Positions 26,837 through 39,510 of a DNA stretch of 64,000 nucleotides are shown here, one piece after another. Source of the stretch: Octopus sinensis (taxonomy: Eukaryota); contig NC_042998.1 of NCBI RefSeq assembly GCF_006345805.1, forward strand, positions 174,592,001 to 174,656,000, read 5' to 3'. The first letter of the stretch is position 1; every line of letters begins with the position of its first letter. The notes under the pieces were generated by a model. The model made no database searches. It worked only from the letters and a program-made list of their open reading frames with translations, and was not told where the DNA came from. Position numbers and translations under genes: made by a program.

Positions 26837-27098
26837 GTAATTGGTGAAAAGGAATCTGCAGTTGTAATGCTGTCTCCACTTCAAGAATTTTCACAATTAT
26901 TAAAACCAATATTAAAAAATCATAATCTTTCCTTATCTGACTTTGAAAGTGCTTTCTATGATTTATATGGAACTGAAATTAAGCCAGCACTGTACAACTT
27001 CCAGTCTGTCATAGATATGTTGAGTTCAATTCCAAATGTAGTGAACCTCAAGAAGATTGAAAACAAATATTATCCAACACTAAATGAAAACCCTAAAG
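26837..27098 (+). CDS. MARF1: MARF1 exon (last LOTUS domain)
   Basis: tctcag|VIGEKESAVVMLSPLQEFSQLLKPILK..LSLSDFESAFYDLYGTEIKPALYNFQSVIDMLSSIPNVVNL..+G|GTAAGT. Confidence 0.88.
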
Positions 27099-27558
27099 GT
27101 AAGTTGTTTGTGCTGGTGGCATGCAAGTTTTAAAAGAGAAAGATTAAAATGTATGCATTTTTCACTTTCTTTTGTTTAAATGTCTATGAACATGCAAGAT
27201 GCTTACGTGTCTCATTTTATATTCTTTCTTATTACATTGATTTAATGTTCATATGTAATGTTAATTTTGAAATTTTCTTTGTCTCCTAAAATTGCATTAT
27301 TAGATTTTATAATTCTTAAATATTGTCATTCAACAACTTGCATCAAATAAATAGGATGCCATTGTAGAGACAAGTTTTAGTTCTCTCAGTTTTAGCTAGT
27401 TGAAACTTTTCTTTAGTGATATTCAGTTCATTTTTTTTTTTCTTTTTATTGTATGTCTTATAAATTTGTTAAAGAAACACTTAACATTTATATAGAAAAA
27501 GTTGACATTGGTGCATATCTTTAAAGTAGAAAATAGTTTTCAATTCTATCTTCCCCAG

Positions 27559-28043
27559 GTTCTAAAGATATTTTGGCTCAGATGGATAGAGAGAATAAAG
27601 CTATATCTTCAAAACAAAGTGAAACCTCAAAGAAACCTCTTGTTCTTACAACAAAAAGAGACGATGAATCTAATTCTTGGCTGAATCTGACTGGAGTAAA
27701 CCAGTATTCCTACACCAGTGTTTCCTCTGACTCCCTGAAACAGTTTGTCATGAGAGAAAGCTACATCAATAATGACCAGCAGGCATTATTACATCAAGAC
27801 CATTCTACAGATGTTAATTCTTGGAGCAATGAGAAAGACTTTTTCATTGAATCACAAATTGGGATTTCACTGAATAAGTTGGAAAACCACTCATTTAATG
27901 GCTGGTCTCAAACTTTCCATTACACAAATGAAGACCCAAATGTGTACTATGAACAATCAAATATTTATCCTTCAGTATCAAATTTAATCAATCCAGTAAT
28001 ATTTAATTACAATGGTGAAACTAATAAATCTCTTTATCATTAA
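27559..28043 (+). CDS. MARF1: MARF1 terminal coding exon (N/S/Q-rich tail) to TAA
   Basis: ttccccag|GT TCT AAA GAT..., phase 1 matches the previous exon; open to the stop at 28043; followed by an AT-rich UTR. Confidence 0.75.
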
Positions 28044-29190
28044 TAACTTCTTTGAAATTTAAGTTGTGCTAACATGTAGTCAGCTTTTTCTTGAAAATTT
28101 CTTCAATACTAGTTCTCAAAGAAAAGTTGAATATCATAAAATGACACAAGATTCTCAAATCTACTATAAGCCTATACTCAACAATACAGCAAATTTGTCT
28201 TTGCTACATGATTTCCATCAGTTGTTTAGCACTACATTTCAAAAACGTTTTGGAGTGAAATATATTTTTAGAACTTCAGAAGTTTTATCAACCTGTTAAT
28301 TTTCTTTACAAAGCCAAAAATCCATAATTTTGAAATATAAGTTTTTTCTTTTTTTTCTTAAGTACTCATATAAAACAAATGCATATATTATAAATCCATG
28401 TAATTTGCTCTGAAAGTCTTAAATGCCATAAACAATTTCCAATATTTTTATCCAATTTCTGAAGGTCTTATTTGCTCTAATGGATGACTAGCTTTCCGCT
28501 TATATCATTTACCTTTTTAGATAAATGTTAAGTAATGAGAAGCAATGTATATTTATTGTACAAAAAATTCTTCTCCCAGATTTGTTATTTGGAGGGTTTA
28601 TATTTATATTTTTTCTTTGATAGATATATATTTATATATGCTTTTCCTTAAAGCTTTCAAGTCATTTTTGTATATACAAATATAACTTTGTTATTGAAAC
28701 CTAAAACTTAATTTTTACATTTGTATATTTTAAAGCTTATTTTCGTTTCAAAGGATACTTTTTATTATCCAAAATCAGCAAGTGTTTTCATTTGCTTTTT
28801 TTAATTTTTAACTTTTTGTTTTATATTTTATATAACAGAAAAAAAACCTATGTAAAATTTGTAAATAGAAAAATTTGTAAAATTTAGACTGATTTTTTTA
28901 AAAAATCATTCTAAAGTTTCAAATTTTCGAAATTTTGGATAAAATCATCTACAATAATTGAAGCATTGTAAAATTCGCAACTACGGCTCGGAGAATTATT
29001 TCAAACCTCATTCTATCAAATGAATTTCCCAACTGAAATGTAACAATGGTTTGTCATTAGATTAGAGATGTGTAAAGAGTTAAAATTGTTACTCAACATT
29101 CTTCTCACATTATATATTTTATCAGGTTTCTATCAAAAATATGTAAATTATTTTTAATACAAATAAAATTTTACAAAACATATTCTGGGA
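28044..29190 (+). other. Probable AT-rich MARF1 3' UTR, candidate AATAAA near 29162
   Basis: Repeat-free, very AT-rich stretch after the stop; aaataaaa at 29161-29168; the true end needs RNA data. Confidence 0.4.
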
Positions 29191-29990
29191 TTTTGTGTGA
29201 GTTATAGTGAGTACCGTGGAGATAAATCCACACCTAATTCCAAGATGATGACTTACATTTTACATTGGTGATAGTTTTTACCCTTGTAAACCTACATTGG
29301 TTAACACATCAGACTAGTACATCGGTTCACAACTTTTCTATGCATTTTGGGATCAATGGACAAGCACTTTTTTTATCTTTTTAAATTCACTTGTATTTTC
29401 AACTGAAGTACTACTTAATGCTTCTGTGCTTAGTTTGAATGGGAGCAGCTTTGGTAAATGATGGTTAGTTTTAATGATGGCTACAAAAACAATGACATTT
29501 TACGGTATATTGAAAAGGCTGAACAATTCTTTGATCATTTTGCCAACTTAATCTGGTTCCAGGTGAGAACTACAAACTGTACATTGTAACATTTGATATC
29601 TTAGCATTGTTAATCAAGTACGCTAACATCAAATATTGACACAAAAAACCCACTTGCTGTGATGTTGACATAATCCTTAGTTTTGCTTGCTTTTGAATTT
29701 TTGAAAACAAATGTGGTTTTCAATTGCTATCTTTCAGATGTTAAGACACCATCTTGTTTATAGCCTATTTTGAAGGGAAAAGAAAAACCCATCGTCAATA
29801 TATGACTGTTATTTATTGACAAGATGCAAGACAAAACTGAATCTCAGTAAGATCTGAATTCTATTTCTGAGCCAAGAAAGCCTGAAGAAATAACTACAAA
29901 TGATTTTATCTGATTCTGGAATAATTCCACCAATTTATCTTGGCAGCCTATTAATTGTTTGGATAGAGTATTTCAGCATTCTTCCATTAA

Positions 29991-30204
29991 CCCTTTCGTT
30001 ACCAACCCGGCTGAAACTGGCTCTGAGTACAAATGTCTTGTTTTCATAAGTTTTGAATTAAAATCTTCCACCAAACCTAAGTCACAGTTTATGTTCCTAA
30101 CACTAGCTGAATGCTAACTAGGTTATTTTACTAAATTCTTTGTTATATTTGAAGTAATAGAAAGAAACACAGAGCATCTCAAAATAAATACAGTAACAAA
30201 AGGG
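29991..30204. mobile_element. piggyBac-type MITE (TTAA TSD, CCCTTT termini)
   Basis: TTAA|CCCTTTCGTTAC...GTAACAAAAGGG|TTAA; inverted homolog at 54640-54859. Confidence 0.85.
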
Positions 30205-30983
30205 TTAAATTCATGTTCTTTTCATATCTCTTCAACTAAGGTTCTTCATTGAAACTGAAACCTGCTAACAGCTCAACTTGAAAGTTGAGCCATTAACAGC
30301 AGGAAAGCCATTCAGCTTCCTAAATTTTATTTTGTCTTTTGCCTCATCCCTTTCACAAGTAGTTAGCTTTGTTGACTTTGATATAGAAAACTCATCTTGA
30401 TACCTGTATCACCCTGGCATTGTTGGTGCAAAGGTCGTAAGGATTTCCACACAACTACCTTTACAAGTTACATCTATGTCTTGCTTGCTTACCAAGACAT
30501 AGGTGCGAATCTTCTGGTACTTTAAATTCAACTAGAGGATACTTTTACACATCAAATAGACAAGTGCTCCCAAATTGCAGCAGTCTTTTAACCACTTGCC
30601 AAACATTGTACTTTTCAGAATCTTCCTACAATACTTATCAAACAAGTTGACTTCTTTAACAGTACTTTTTTTCAGAGATGCTTCCATGTTCATTGCCAGC
30701 AACAGGATAGCTATGGTTTGAATCTCATTGATCAAAGAACTCTTCCATCATGATTGACTAACTTGTCCTTTGATCAATTATAACCCATAAGATGACCCGT
30801 CAAAAAAAAAAAAAAAAAAATTCCCCATTCCTCACCCTTAAATGGTGTGCTTGACATTTAGCTCTTGTAATTGCTTGAGTCTTCAATTTCTCTCACTTCA
30901 GAAATCTATCCCAATCTTCGTAAACATGGCTATGTACTACTTTTGTCACTCATTTCCTGAACTGAAAATTTTGTGTCAGATTG

Positions 30984-31345
30984 TATAGGCGCAGGAGTGG
31001 CTGTGTGGTAAGTAGATTGCTTACCAGCCACATGGTTCCGGGTTCGGTCCCACTGCGTGGCATCTTGGGCAAGCGTCTTCTACTTTAGACTTGGGCCAAC
31101 CAAAGCCTTGTGAGTGGATTTGATAGATGGAAACTCAAAGAAGCCCATCATATATATTGTTTGTGTGTCTGTCTTCCTAGCATTGCTTGACAACCAATGC
31201 TGGTGTGTTTACATCCCTGTCACTTAGCGTTCGGTAAAAGTGACCGATAGAATAAGTACTGGGCTTACAAAGAATAAGTCCCAGGTTGATTTGCTTGATT
31301 AAAGGCGGTGCTCCAGCATGGCTGCAGTCAAATGACTGAAACAAA
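30984..31345 (+). mobile_element. Family-C SINE
   Basis: ataggcgcaggagtggctgtgtggtaag...gctccagcatggctgcagtcaaatgactgaaac. Confidence 0.85.
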
Positions 31346-31743
31346 GATTACAGTATTTAGTTTGTCACATCCATGCCTACTGAAATTTGGAGTACACATG
31401 TTAAGTTCTTGTTATTCCTTCAGTAAATTAACTTGTTACTTAATGCACACCCTGAAACAATGGAAGAGGAGAGGTGCAACATGGTCACTGAAACTGCTAA
31501 AAATAGCAGTAAAATCTGCAAATCACATTAATTTGTTAATTTACATACCTAGGTGAAAGCTTGGTCTTTGTAGGCAAAAGACAAAGATGGATATGTTTCA
31601 GTATAATAGACTGCATCAGCTAAGTATAGTTTACTTGAGCCTGCCTCATCAGTTTACAAAAACTTTTACATAGTTACAAATATTTTTTATAGTGACCAAA
31701 GGTTGAAGGAAGGGAAATAACTAGAATGAACCAATGTCATAAA

Positions 31744-33644
31744 TTTAGATAAATTGATTTACTGAATGCTGTTTTCAAAAATATTCTCAAGTGAAATCTA
31801 CATGTCTGGACCAAATAAATTTTTTTTAAGTTGTCAAAGTGGACACAATTTCAAGGAATTTACATGCCTAGTCATCAAGTCCTTTGAAATTTCTGTAAGC
31901 TGAAGAAATAAAATTAAGTGTTCAATAACATCACTCCTTGGTATAAACTGTTGTTCAAAACTATAAAACCCGAGCGCTGTCTGTTTTTCCTGGTAAAATA
32001 TCCTATCCAAATTCATGAAACTCACCTCTAGATAGGAAGTGGAACAGAAGGCATTTCAATGTTCAATTTTAGTGAAATTCAAAGAAAAAAATTCTTGTTC
32101 AAAACTATGCCAGGTTGAATAATGTTGCAAAAATGAAGCAAAACAAGGAAATTATATATTTCAATGGTATTTTCATGCAATACATCAACAATAGTGCATT
32201 TGACCACCACCTTTCTGAATTACCTCAAAAACATGTAAATTCATACTCCTAATCAACTTCTGCAACAGAGCAAGTGGAAGCTCTTTCCAGGCCTTCTTTA
32301 TTGCCATTTTCAGTTCATCAACAGATGAAGAATACTGCTTGCCTTTGCCATACACAATGTTCATGAGATATCCTCAGGCATTCTCTATAGGATTAAAATC
32401 AGGACTTCTAGCTGGCCATGGCATGACTTCAACCCTGATTGCCTAGGAAATTCAAAGTTGCCTTTGCTTTATGAATAGGAACGTTGTCCTGTTGAAACAT
32501 GAAGTTCTTGCCACAGAGCCTTCTTCCTTCATCAATGTGAGCCCCATTCAATATATCGATGTATCATGCAGCATTGAAACAGTCATACATGATGACAAGC
32601 AGCAGCTTCCCATTGGCAGATATTACTCTCCACATCATAAAACCTCCTCCACTGTCCTGCCACTTGAAATAAGTATTTTGTATACACTTACCAGCCCAGT
32701 AATACTTATAAACATTGGGACCATCCAAATTCCATTTTCTCTTATCAGAGAACAGAACCCTGGTCCATCCACCATCCTACGTCTGCTACTGAGCAAACTC
32801 CAATCTCACAGGCTTTTGGGAAGAGGACAATAACAGACGTCCTAGCCACTTCTTCAGGTGGAAACCATGGTTCAAAATCACTCTTTTTATAGATGTTGAG
32901 ACTCCTGCTGATGCCGTGATCTTAAACAAAAGAGCAGCATGACTTCTCCACAGCTCTGACAATGGCCCTTTCATCACTTTCTGATGTAGCCTTTGGACGT
33001 CTACCAGCATGAACCCTGTTATAGCCGTCAACATCTTTCAAAAAATTGTTCACTAACTTTCTGCTTTATTGAATCTTCTAGACAATCTTCTGCTTTCAGT
33101 GCAAGAATCTTCCTTAACTCAATTTCAGAAAGCTTTGTAGCTTTAGGCACACTGGAAATGTAATTTGGATTACAGTGAATACAATTGAATCAAATATTTT
33201 CCAAAACAATCTGGAAAGAAATGAAAATTAGTGGCTTTATAGTTTGGAAGTGTTGATATGCTAGGGAAATTTGGAAAATCAAGTGTTGTAATGTGATGGT
33301 AAAGGTACAAAGGTTTTTTTATTTTTACATTTCAAAGTATTTGTGAAATGTCCATTTACAGTAGATTAGTCCACTTAAATACAGAGCTAAATTTCTAAAT
33401 AACTTGAAAAAGCACGTGGCTTTATAGTTTTGAACAACAGTTTATACCAAGGAGTGACGTATTGAATACTGTTAATTTTCTTTCTTCAGCTTACAGAAAT
33501 TACAAAGAACTTGATGAATAGGCATGTAAATTCCTTGAAATTGTCTCCACTTTTGACAATTTAAAAAAAATTTTTTTGGTCCAGACGTAGATTTCACTTG
33601 AGAATATTTTTGAAAACGGCATTCAGTAAATCAATTTATCTAAA
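31744..33644 (-). mobile_element. Tc1/Tc3-like DNA transposon with ~230-bp inverted repeats, decayed transposase
   Basis: 31744-31970 is the imperfect reverse complement of 33411-33644; minus translation FMFQQDNVPIHKAK..VMPWPARSPDFNPIENA*; N-terminus PKATKLSEIE is Tc3-like; stops and frameshifts. Confidence 0.85.
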
Positions 33645-33731
33645 AGTACATGTATTTGGTAATGGTTAGTTTTGTGTCCCTGGTGTTATTAAAATAATTT
33701 AGAAACAGATTTTTAAGTTCTTCATTTTTTA

Positions 33732-33812
33732 TTAACTAAAATAATGATAATCTTGATTTTCTTTTAGATGAAGTGAGTTTAAATTTTCTTCAAATTTTCC
33801 TCCTGTCAAATC
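33732..33812 (-). CDS. B3GNTL1: B3GNTL1/QTGAL terminal coding exon
   Basis: atctag|DLTGGKFEENLNSLHLKENQDYHYFS* (TAA); AATAAA overlaps the stop. Confidence 0.92.
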   Translation of the reverse strand, partial: DLTGGKFEENLNSLHLKENQDYHYFS

Positions 33813-35513
33813 CTAGATTAAAAGAGAATATAGCATTAGGAGAGGTTTTAAACTTCTGATATCTGTGAGGAATTGGGAAGCTGTTTTAGATGTCTCAGAT
33901 AATGCTAATAATATTACTGATGCAGATATGTAAACATCTCTGAATCATTCCAATTTTAGTATATATACTTCCAAAGCAAGTGCACAGACATGTAAATATC
34001 ATTAGCATGGTTGTGTGGTTAAGAAGCTTACTTTCCCAATCATGTGGTTTCAGGTTCAATCCTACTGCATGGCATCTTTAATGTCTTTTGCCTGAGAATG
34101 AACAATGTTATTGTATGCATGTTAATCCAGTTTCCCAAAAATGTCAAATGTACTCCTTTAAGGCCTCAGCTTAGATAATCCCATCAGGAGTGACTGACTT
34201 TATTGAATTTCATTTCTCTAAAGAATTTTCTAGTTACCTTCACTAATCTAATCTACACACCTCTTCATAGGCACCAAGAATTTTTTCTCCATGCAACAAA
34301 CTTTTTAGCTCCAATTAATAATTTATTTCTAAATTCAATTTTCTCTATTCTGTCTAACATCTATAACCCCTGCTTACAGGAGTTTCTTTATAAAAATAGA
34401 TGCAAAATTGGACAATTCCAAAGTCAAATGATAAATAAGACATAGTCTATAGCTTAACTGGCTTTGCCTGAAAGAGTAGATATCTATAAGGTACTGACTT
34501 TATTAAAAACATTCCACTTTGGCCTTTTCCCTCATTTTTTACTCATCATATGCCCCCTCACCTCATAGCATTAAATTGCATCCCTAGGGTTCATATTTTT
34601 TCAAACTGCATGACAGTCTCACTAGTGCTGGTGGCATGAAAAATACACCCAGTACATGTAAAGTGGTTAGCATTGAGGGCATCCAGCCATGGAAATCATA
34701 CTGGTGCATGAAGTAGTCCTTTGGCCTATTGGATCTTGTCAAACTGTCCAACCCAAGCCAACATAAACATTAAATGAAATTGTTTCACTAGTGCTGCTGT
34801 TGTTGTCACCTTAAGATAAGGTTCATTATTCTAGTTGAGTTATTAGTGTTATGACTTGTGGACACTCTTAGATAACCTAAAGAGTTTATAATTTCTAAAA
34901 TAATTTAATGGAATCTTTGAAAATTTATGGAGACTATTCACTTTCTTTAAACATCCATTTGTGCAAAAAAATAATTTTAATGTCCACTTCCCCATGCTAA
35001 CAAAGATTGGACAAAATTCATTGAGACAAATTTTCTTTGGTCAGATATCCTTCCTGTTGCCAAGCAAAGTAATATATTTCTAGGGCCAGATATATTTTCA
35101 AAGATTGAAAATTAATGACACCACTTGTATGATGATGATGGCACTCATTTACAATTATCACATGGTATCAAACCACACACATGCACATGTGTGATAGGCT
35201 TCTTTCAGTTTCCCTCTACCAAATCCACTCGCAAGGCTTTGGTTGACCCAGGGCTTATGGTAAAAGATACTTGCCTGAAGTGCCACACAGTGGGACTGAA
35301 CCTGAAACTACGCCATTGGGAAGCAAAGTTCTTAACCAATACATCCGTACTCGTGTCTAGTTCTGTAAAATACTACAACAATTTACTTGTCTAAAGCTTC
35401 AGTATATTCTTTGTGCTATTTGAAGCAAATATTCTATAACAGCATGAAACATTGGCCAGACAAATATTTTACTAAATTATGTAGATCGTAGAAAAATGAC
35501 AATGGAAACTTAC

Positions 35514-35588
35514 CATTTTCATACAAATGACTATTGGGGGTTCTGCCTTGCTGAAATGACAAATTGGGACTCTTGGCTTTGGGCTTTC
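35514..35588 (-). CDS. B3GNTL1: B3GNTL1/QTGAL exon
   Basis: ttccag|ESPKPRVPICHFSKAEPPIVICMKM|GTAAGT; 75 nt. Confidence 0.92.
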
Positions 35589-35822
35589 CTGGAAATTGTC
35601 AAAAACAAAACAGATATAGATTTTTAGAAACACATACATTCAATAAAATATTTCCATTTCTTTTTTTTTTTTACCTCCCCATTTCATTTCATGCCGAGCA
35701 GAAGGCCCAAGCCCTAGATCTCTGAAGGATATTATAAGTTACTAATAAATTTGATCGTTGAAGGGTTGTAAAACATCACTTGGAATTAAAAACTTGGGCT
35801 TTACTGATGCCCAGAAACTTAC

Positions 35823-35891
35823 TTGGGATTCTTCATATATATAAACAGCTTTCTTTATTTTTTTGGCATCCACATCACAAAACATGGAAAC
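35823..35891 (-). CDS. B3GNTL1: B3GNTL1/QTGAL exon
   Basis: ttccag|VSMFCDVDAKKIKKAVYIYEESQ|GTAAGT; 69 nt. Confidence 0.92.
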
Positions 35892-36059
35892 CTGGAATAA
35901 TATATATATCCACTATTGTTAAGTAAAACAAGACTGAAGTTTCAAAAACTAATTTTAAAAATTAGGAACTTTGTAGCTGTAATATTCCTATTAAATGTTT
36001 TTAATTCATAATCAATGTAGCAATGATTTAAAGTGAATGGGGAACACTAGTTACATAAT

Positions 36060-36475
36060 ACAAGCATGTCTGTGTGGTTAAGAAGTGCACTTTGCAACCA
36101 GGTGGTTTCAAGTTCAATCCTACTATGTGGCACCTAAGGCAAATGTCTTTTCCTATGCCCCCAGGTCAACCACTGCCTTGTGGGTGAATGTGGTAGACAG
36201 AAACTGTTTGGAAGACCATCAAGTGTATATGTGTATGTATATACATATGTGTGTGTGTATATATATATATATGTGTGTGTGTGTCTGTCTGTCTGTTCCC
36301 ACCAATTGACAACTGGTGTTGGTTTATTTACATTCTCATAACTTAGTGATTTGGCATAAGAGACCAACAGATTTAAAATATAAGTACTAGAATCGACTTC
36401 TTTGTATAAAACCCTTCAAGGCAGTGCCCCAGCACGGCCACAGTCAAATGACCGAAATAAGAGATAAAAAGGTAT
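36060..36475 (+). mobile_element. Family-C SINE, diverged copy
   Basis: Degenerate head, central microsatellite, 3' end cagcacggccacagtcaaatgaccgaaat. Confidence 0.7.
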
Positions 36476-37131
36476 GTAATATATCTGCATGTTTGAAATG
36501 TTCATATAAGAGAGTATGACAGTTATAGTCAGTCTCTAAGGAAGACAATCCTTTCAAGCAGGTATTTCTATGTTAACAGTTAATTTGAATTATGATAGGT
36601 TTATAGGTAAAAAATGGTTAATGAGGAAATTCCAAATGAATACAATTCCAATGAAGAGGAATTGAGCAAAGTGCTTCATATTAAGCCTGGTGTAAGAATA
36701 AGAGAAATAGTAAAGATAAGTGAAATGGAGTGGTTTAAGTACAAAACAAAGTTAACACATTTGGAAATGTAAAGTCTATAGTAAGTAGTAATAAAGCAGA
36801 AGAAATAGACAAAGAATACGATTCATTGAAGAAAGAAGGAGAAGTATTTACAATGTTGTAGTTTAGTTGTTGATTGTCTTTGATTAAGCAAGCTTGTTAA
36901 AGCATTCCAATCATGAAAAAACTTATATCAAATATGTCTATTATTTAAGACAGTCACAAGGTTTGACTACTATTTCTAGCAGTTCATGAGACCATTTAGA
37001 GGCTTCCTTGTTGACTTGTAATTATTAAGCTTTCTTTGGATGTGATCAAGGATGCATACTGCAGGTGTTACATCTCAAGAAGAGAAACATTGAAAATTTA
37101 GAAATTTCATAGAATAAAAATAATCAATTAC

Positions 37132-37267
37132 CTTTTTTCTATTGTCTGGTTTCAAAGAACGATAAAATTTGCGTCCCTGTTTACCAGCATTCCAAATGGT
37201 AAAATGTGATAGATGGTTGAGAATGTCTCTCTCAAATCGTTGAAGTCGAATATTCCAAATTGTTTCC
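37132..37267 (-). CDS. B3GNTL1: B3GNTL1/QTGAL exon
   Basis: caacag|G ETIWNIRLQRFERDILNHLSHFTIWNAGKQGRKFYRSLKPDNRKK|GTAATT; 136 nt, after a ~14-kb intron. Confidence 0.93.
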
Positions 37268-38558
37268 CTGTTGAAATAAAAAATAGTTCTTGAAAATTTA
37301 AATGATTGATGAAAGATAAAGAAATTTGGTGCCGAAGAACTACTAATGTTGCTACAGTTACAGAGCTCTTATTTTGCCCCAGCTCAGCTCTTATCAAGGA
37401 GATCTATGATCAAAGGAGACCTAGTTGTAATGTAACTAGTGCATCTTTCTATTAAAGCATAGTATTTCTAAGACTACACCCTCCAGTATGACCTCTCTTT
37501 TTTAAAAACACAAGAGTATGACTTGATATAGATTAAACTGCTTTTTCTAACAGATTGAGCAATTACATACAGCCTTGTAGCTGGTTGATCTGTCAAATCT
37601 CCTATATGAATATCCATATCACCTTTAGAATAGGGATCATGTTTTAAATCCTAAATATTAGAGCTAATAAAAGATATAGTAAAGACAAGGAAATATCTAG
37701 ATTAAATGTGATCAAAAAGGAGAATAGTAGGGAGAGCAGCACTTTTGGGATTGCAATCTCTCCTATTACACTTCTCCGTTACATTGCTTTGAGCAAACAT
37801 GCATGTCTTAAGATAGTATTCGTTACACTTACTTTGTACCCCTCTCATGCTTGTTACACTCTCAGGGGTAATTGGTGAATAAGTAGAGATAATAGAGGGG
37901 TTGACAGATCCTTTTAATGCAGTCTTGACAACTTTGATATCATTGTCATGACAATATGCACCCTGTACATGCTGTAAGACGGTTAGCAAACAAGTGAAAA
38001 AAGTATAGGATTGAAAGTACCCTAATGACATAACTTATCTTGTGTCAGTGCCTTATTAAAAGTCATCCAGTACACTCTGTAAAGTGGTTAGCTATAGGAA
38101 GGGCATCCAGCCATAATCCCAAACCTTAGTTTTGGAGTAAAATGAGATTTTGGGGTGCCAAATCTAAAAAATGAATGGAACCCCTATAAAAACCTATTTT
38201 CTCACCTTCCAATAGCATTTCTGCCATTTCATTTTGTTAAATAAAGCACTAAATTCATTTTTAGTAGTTTCGCTTAATCCTATCATATGTGTATTTTCCT
38301 AGAAATTATGCTATACCTTATCATTAAATTGTGAGAAAACCTTACATAAAGGGAAAGAGCTTTTTTGGACATTTTGAATTTGCACTACAAAAATATATAA
38401 AGTAACATACAGTTAAGGAAACAAATTTCAAAAAGTTCTATTTCTCAGACTTGTGTAATAGTAATTTGGAATATGAGAAGTGTGCAAACCTAAAATTAGA
38501 ATTAGTAATAAGTTCAGTGAACGATTAAGTATGCAGGTAGATGTATATCAGATTTTAG

Positions 38559-39510
38559 TCCTCAGTCACCTTCATTTTATTATAGTTCTTAATACTTTAA
38601 CAAGAGTATGCCCATAGGAATTCCCACATACTGACAAACTAGTTCTCAGAGCTGAATAAGTCAGAAGCAGGGCCTAGATCATCATCATCATTGTTCGACC
38701 GTGGTCGAGACAATGGAATTTACCATGTTGCGCCAGACTTCACGGTCCATCATAGCATTACGGAGGTCCTGTTGCTGGATGCCTGTATCCCTGGAGATTA
38801 CATCAGGGTAAGAGAGTGTGCGCCCTCTGGTGTTGCGAGTAGATGGCTTCCAGAGGAGAAGAGTAGAAATTACTTCTTTTTCAGCTCTACAACAATGTCC
38901 AGCAAACTGGACTCTCCTACCTTTCACAAGAGATGACACAGGTGGTAGTTTCCCATATATTTGCATTTTGGTTGGATGGCGCCTCCACGAGAGATTTTGA
39001 GCTCTCATAAGGAGGCGAGTGTAGGTTCCATCCAACCGCCTCTCAAGCTTCTTTGATAACGTCCAGGTTTCTGAGCCATATAGTAGGATTGGTTCGACTG
39101 TGGCTTTGAATATTTCAAGTTTGAAGTCTCTACTTTGATTTGATGACCAGATCTTATGCAAGAGGTATAAATGTTAACCTTAGGGTTTAGTCAGCACAGT
39201 CACCTTCATTTTATTATAATTCTTAATACTATAACAAGAGTATGCCATGGGAATTCCCACTTACTGACAAACAAGTTCTTAGAGCTGAATCAGTCAGAAG
39301 CAGGGCCTAGAACTGAGAGGCATAAATGTTAACCTTAGGGTTTAGTCAGCACAGTCACCTTCATTTTATTATAATTCTTAATACTATAACAAGAGTATGC
39401 CCATGGGAATTCCCACATACTGACAAACTAGTTCTCAGAGCTGAATCAGTTAGAAGCAGGGCCTAGAACTGAGGGGCATAAATGTTAACCTTAGGGTTTA
39501 GTTAGCAAGT
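38559..39510. repeat. ~155-bp minisatellite (about 3.3 units) interrupted by an RTE insertion
   Basis: atgttaaccttagggtttag recurs at 39171, 39326, 39482; partial first unit at 38559-38678. Confidence 0.85.
38679..39161 (-). mobile_element. 5'-truncated RTE-clade LINE, intact 157-codon C-terminal frame, (TGA)n tail directly after the stop
   Basis: IFKATVEPILLYGSETWTL..RLDGTYTRLLM..QFAGHCCRAEKE..LLLWKP..RGR..MMDREVWR; TGA TGA TGA tail. Confidence 0.88.

Larger units (their letters stand above)
6376..28043 (+). other. MARF1: MARF1/Limkain-b1-like gene, 3' portion (10 coding exons, LOTUS/OST-HTH array); 5' exons not found in window
   Basis: Spliced translation FPVCYSLEIHPLEIFNNDGVNLEHLISTIPG...[78 protein letters not shown]...EYGVCYIEDLLSDIP...[39 protein letters not shown] is collinear with the vertebrate MARF1 LOTUS region as I recall it. 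All introns are GT-AG with matching phases. Confidence 0.93.

Noticed and set aside
29257-29337. Minus-strand segment with acceptor and donor consensus
   Set aside because: Stops in all three frames and lies past the QTGAL stop; at most non-coding
30532-30735. 67-aa minus ORF (MINEIQT...)
   Set aside because: No recognisable motif or splice context; likely decayed repeat
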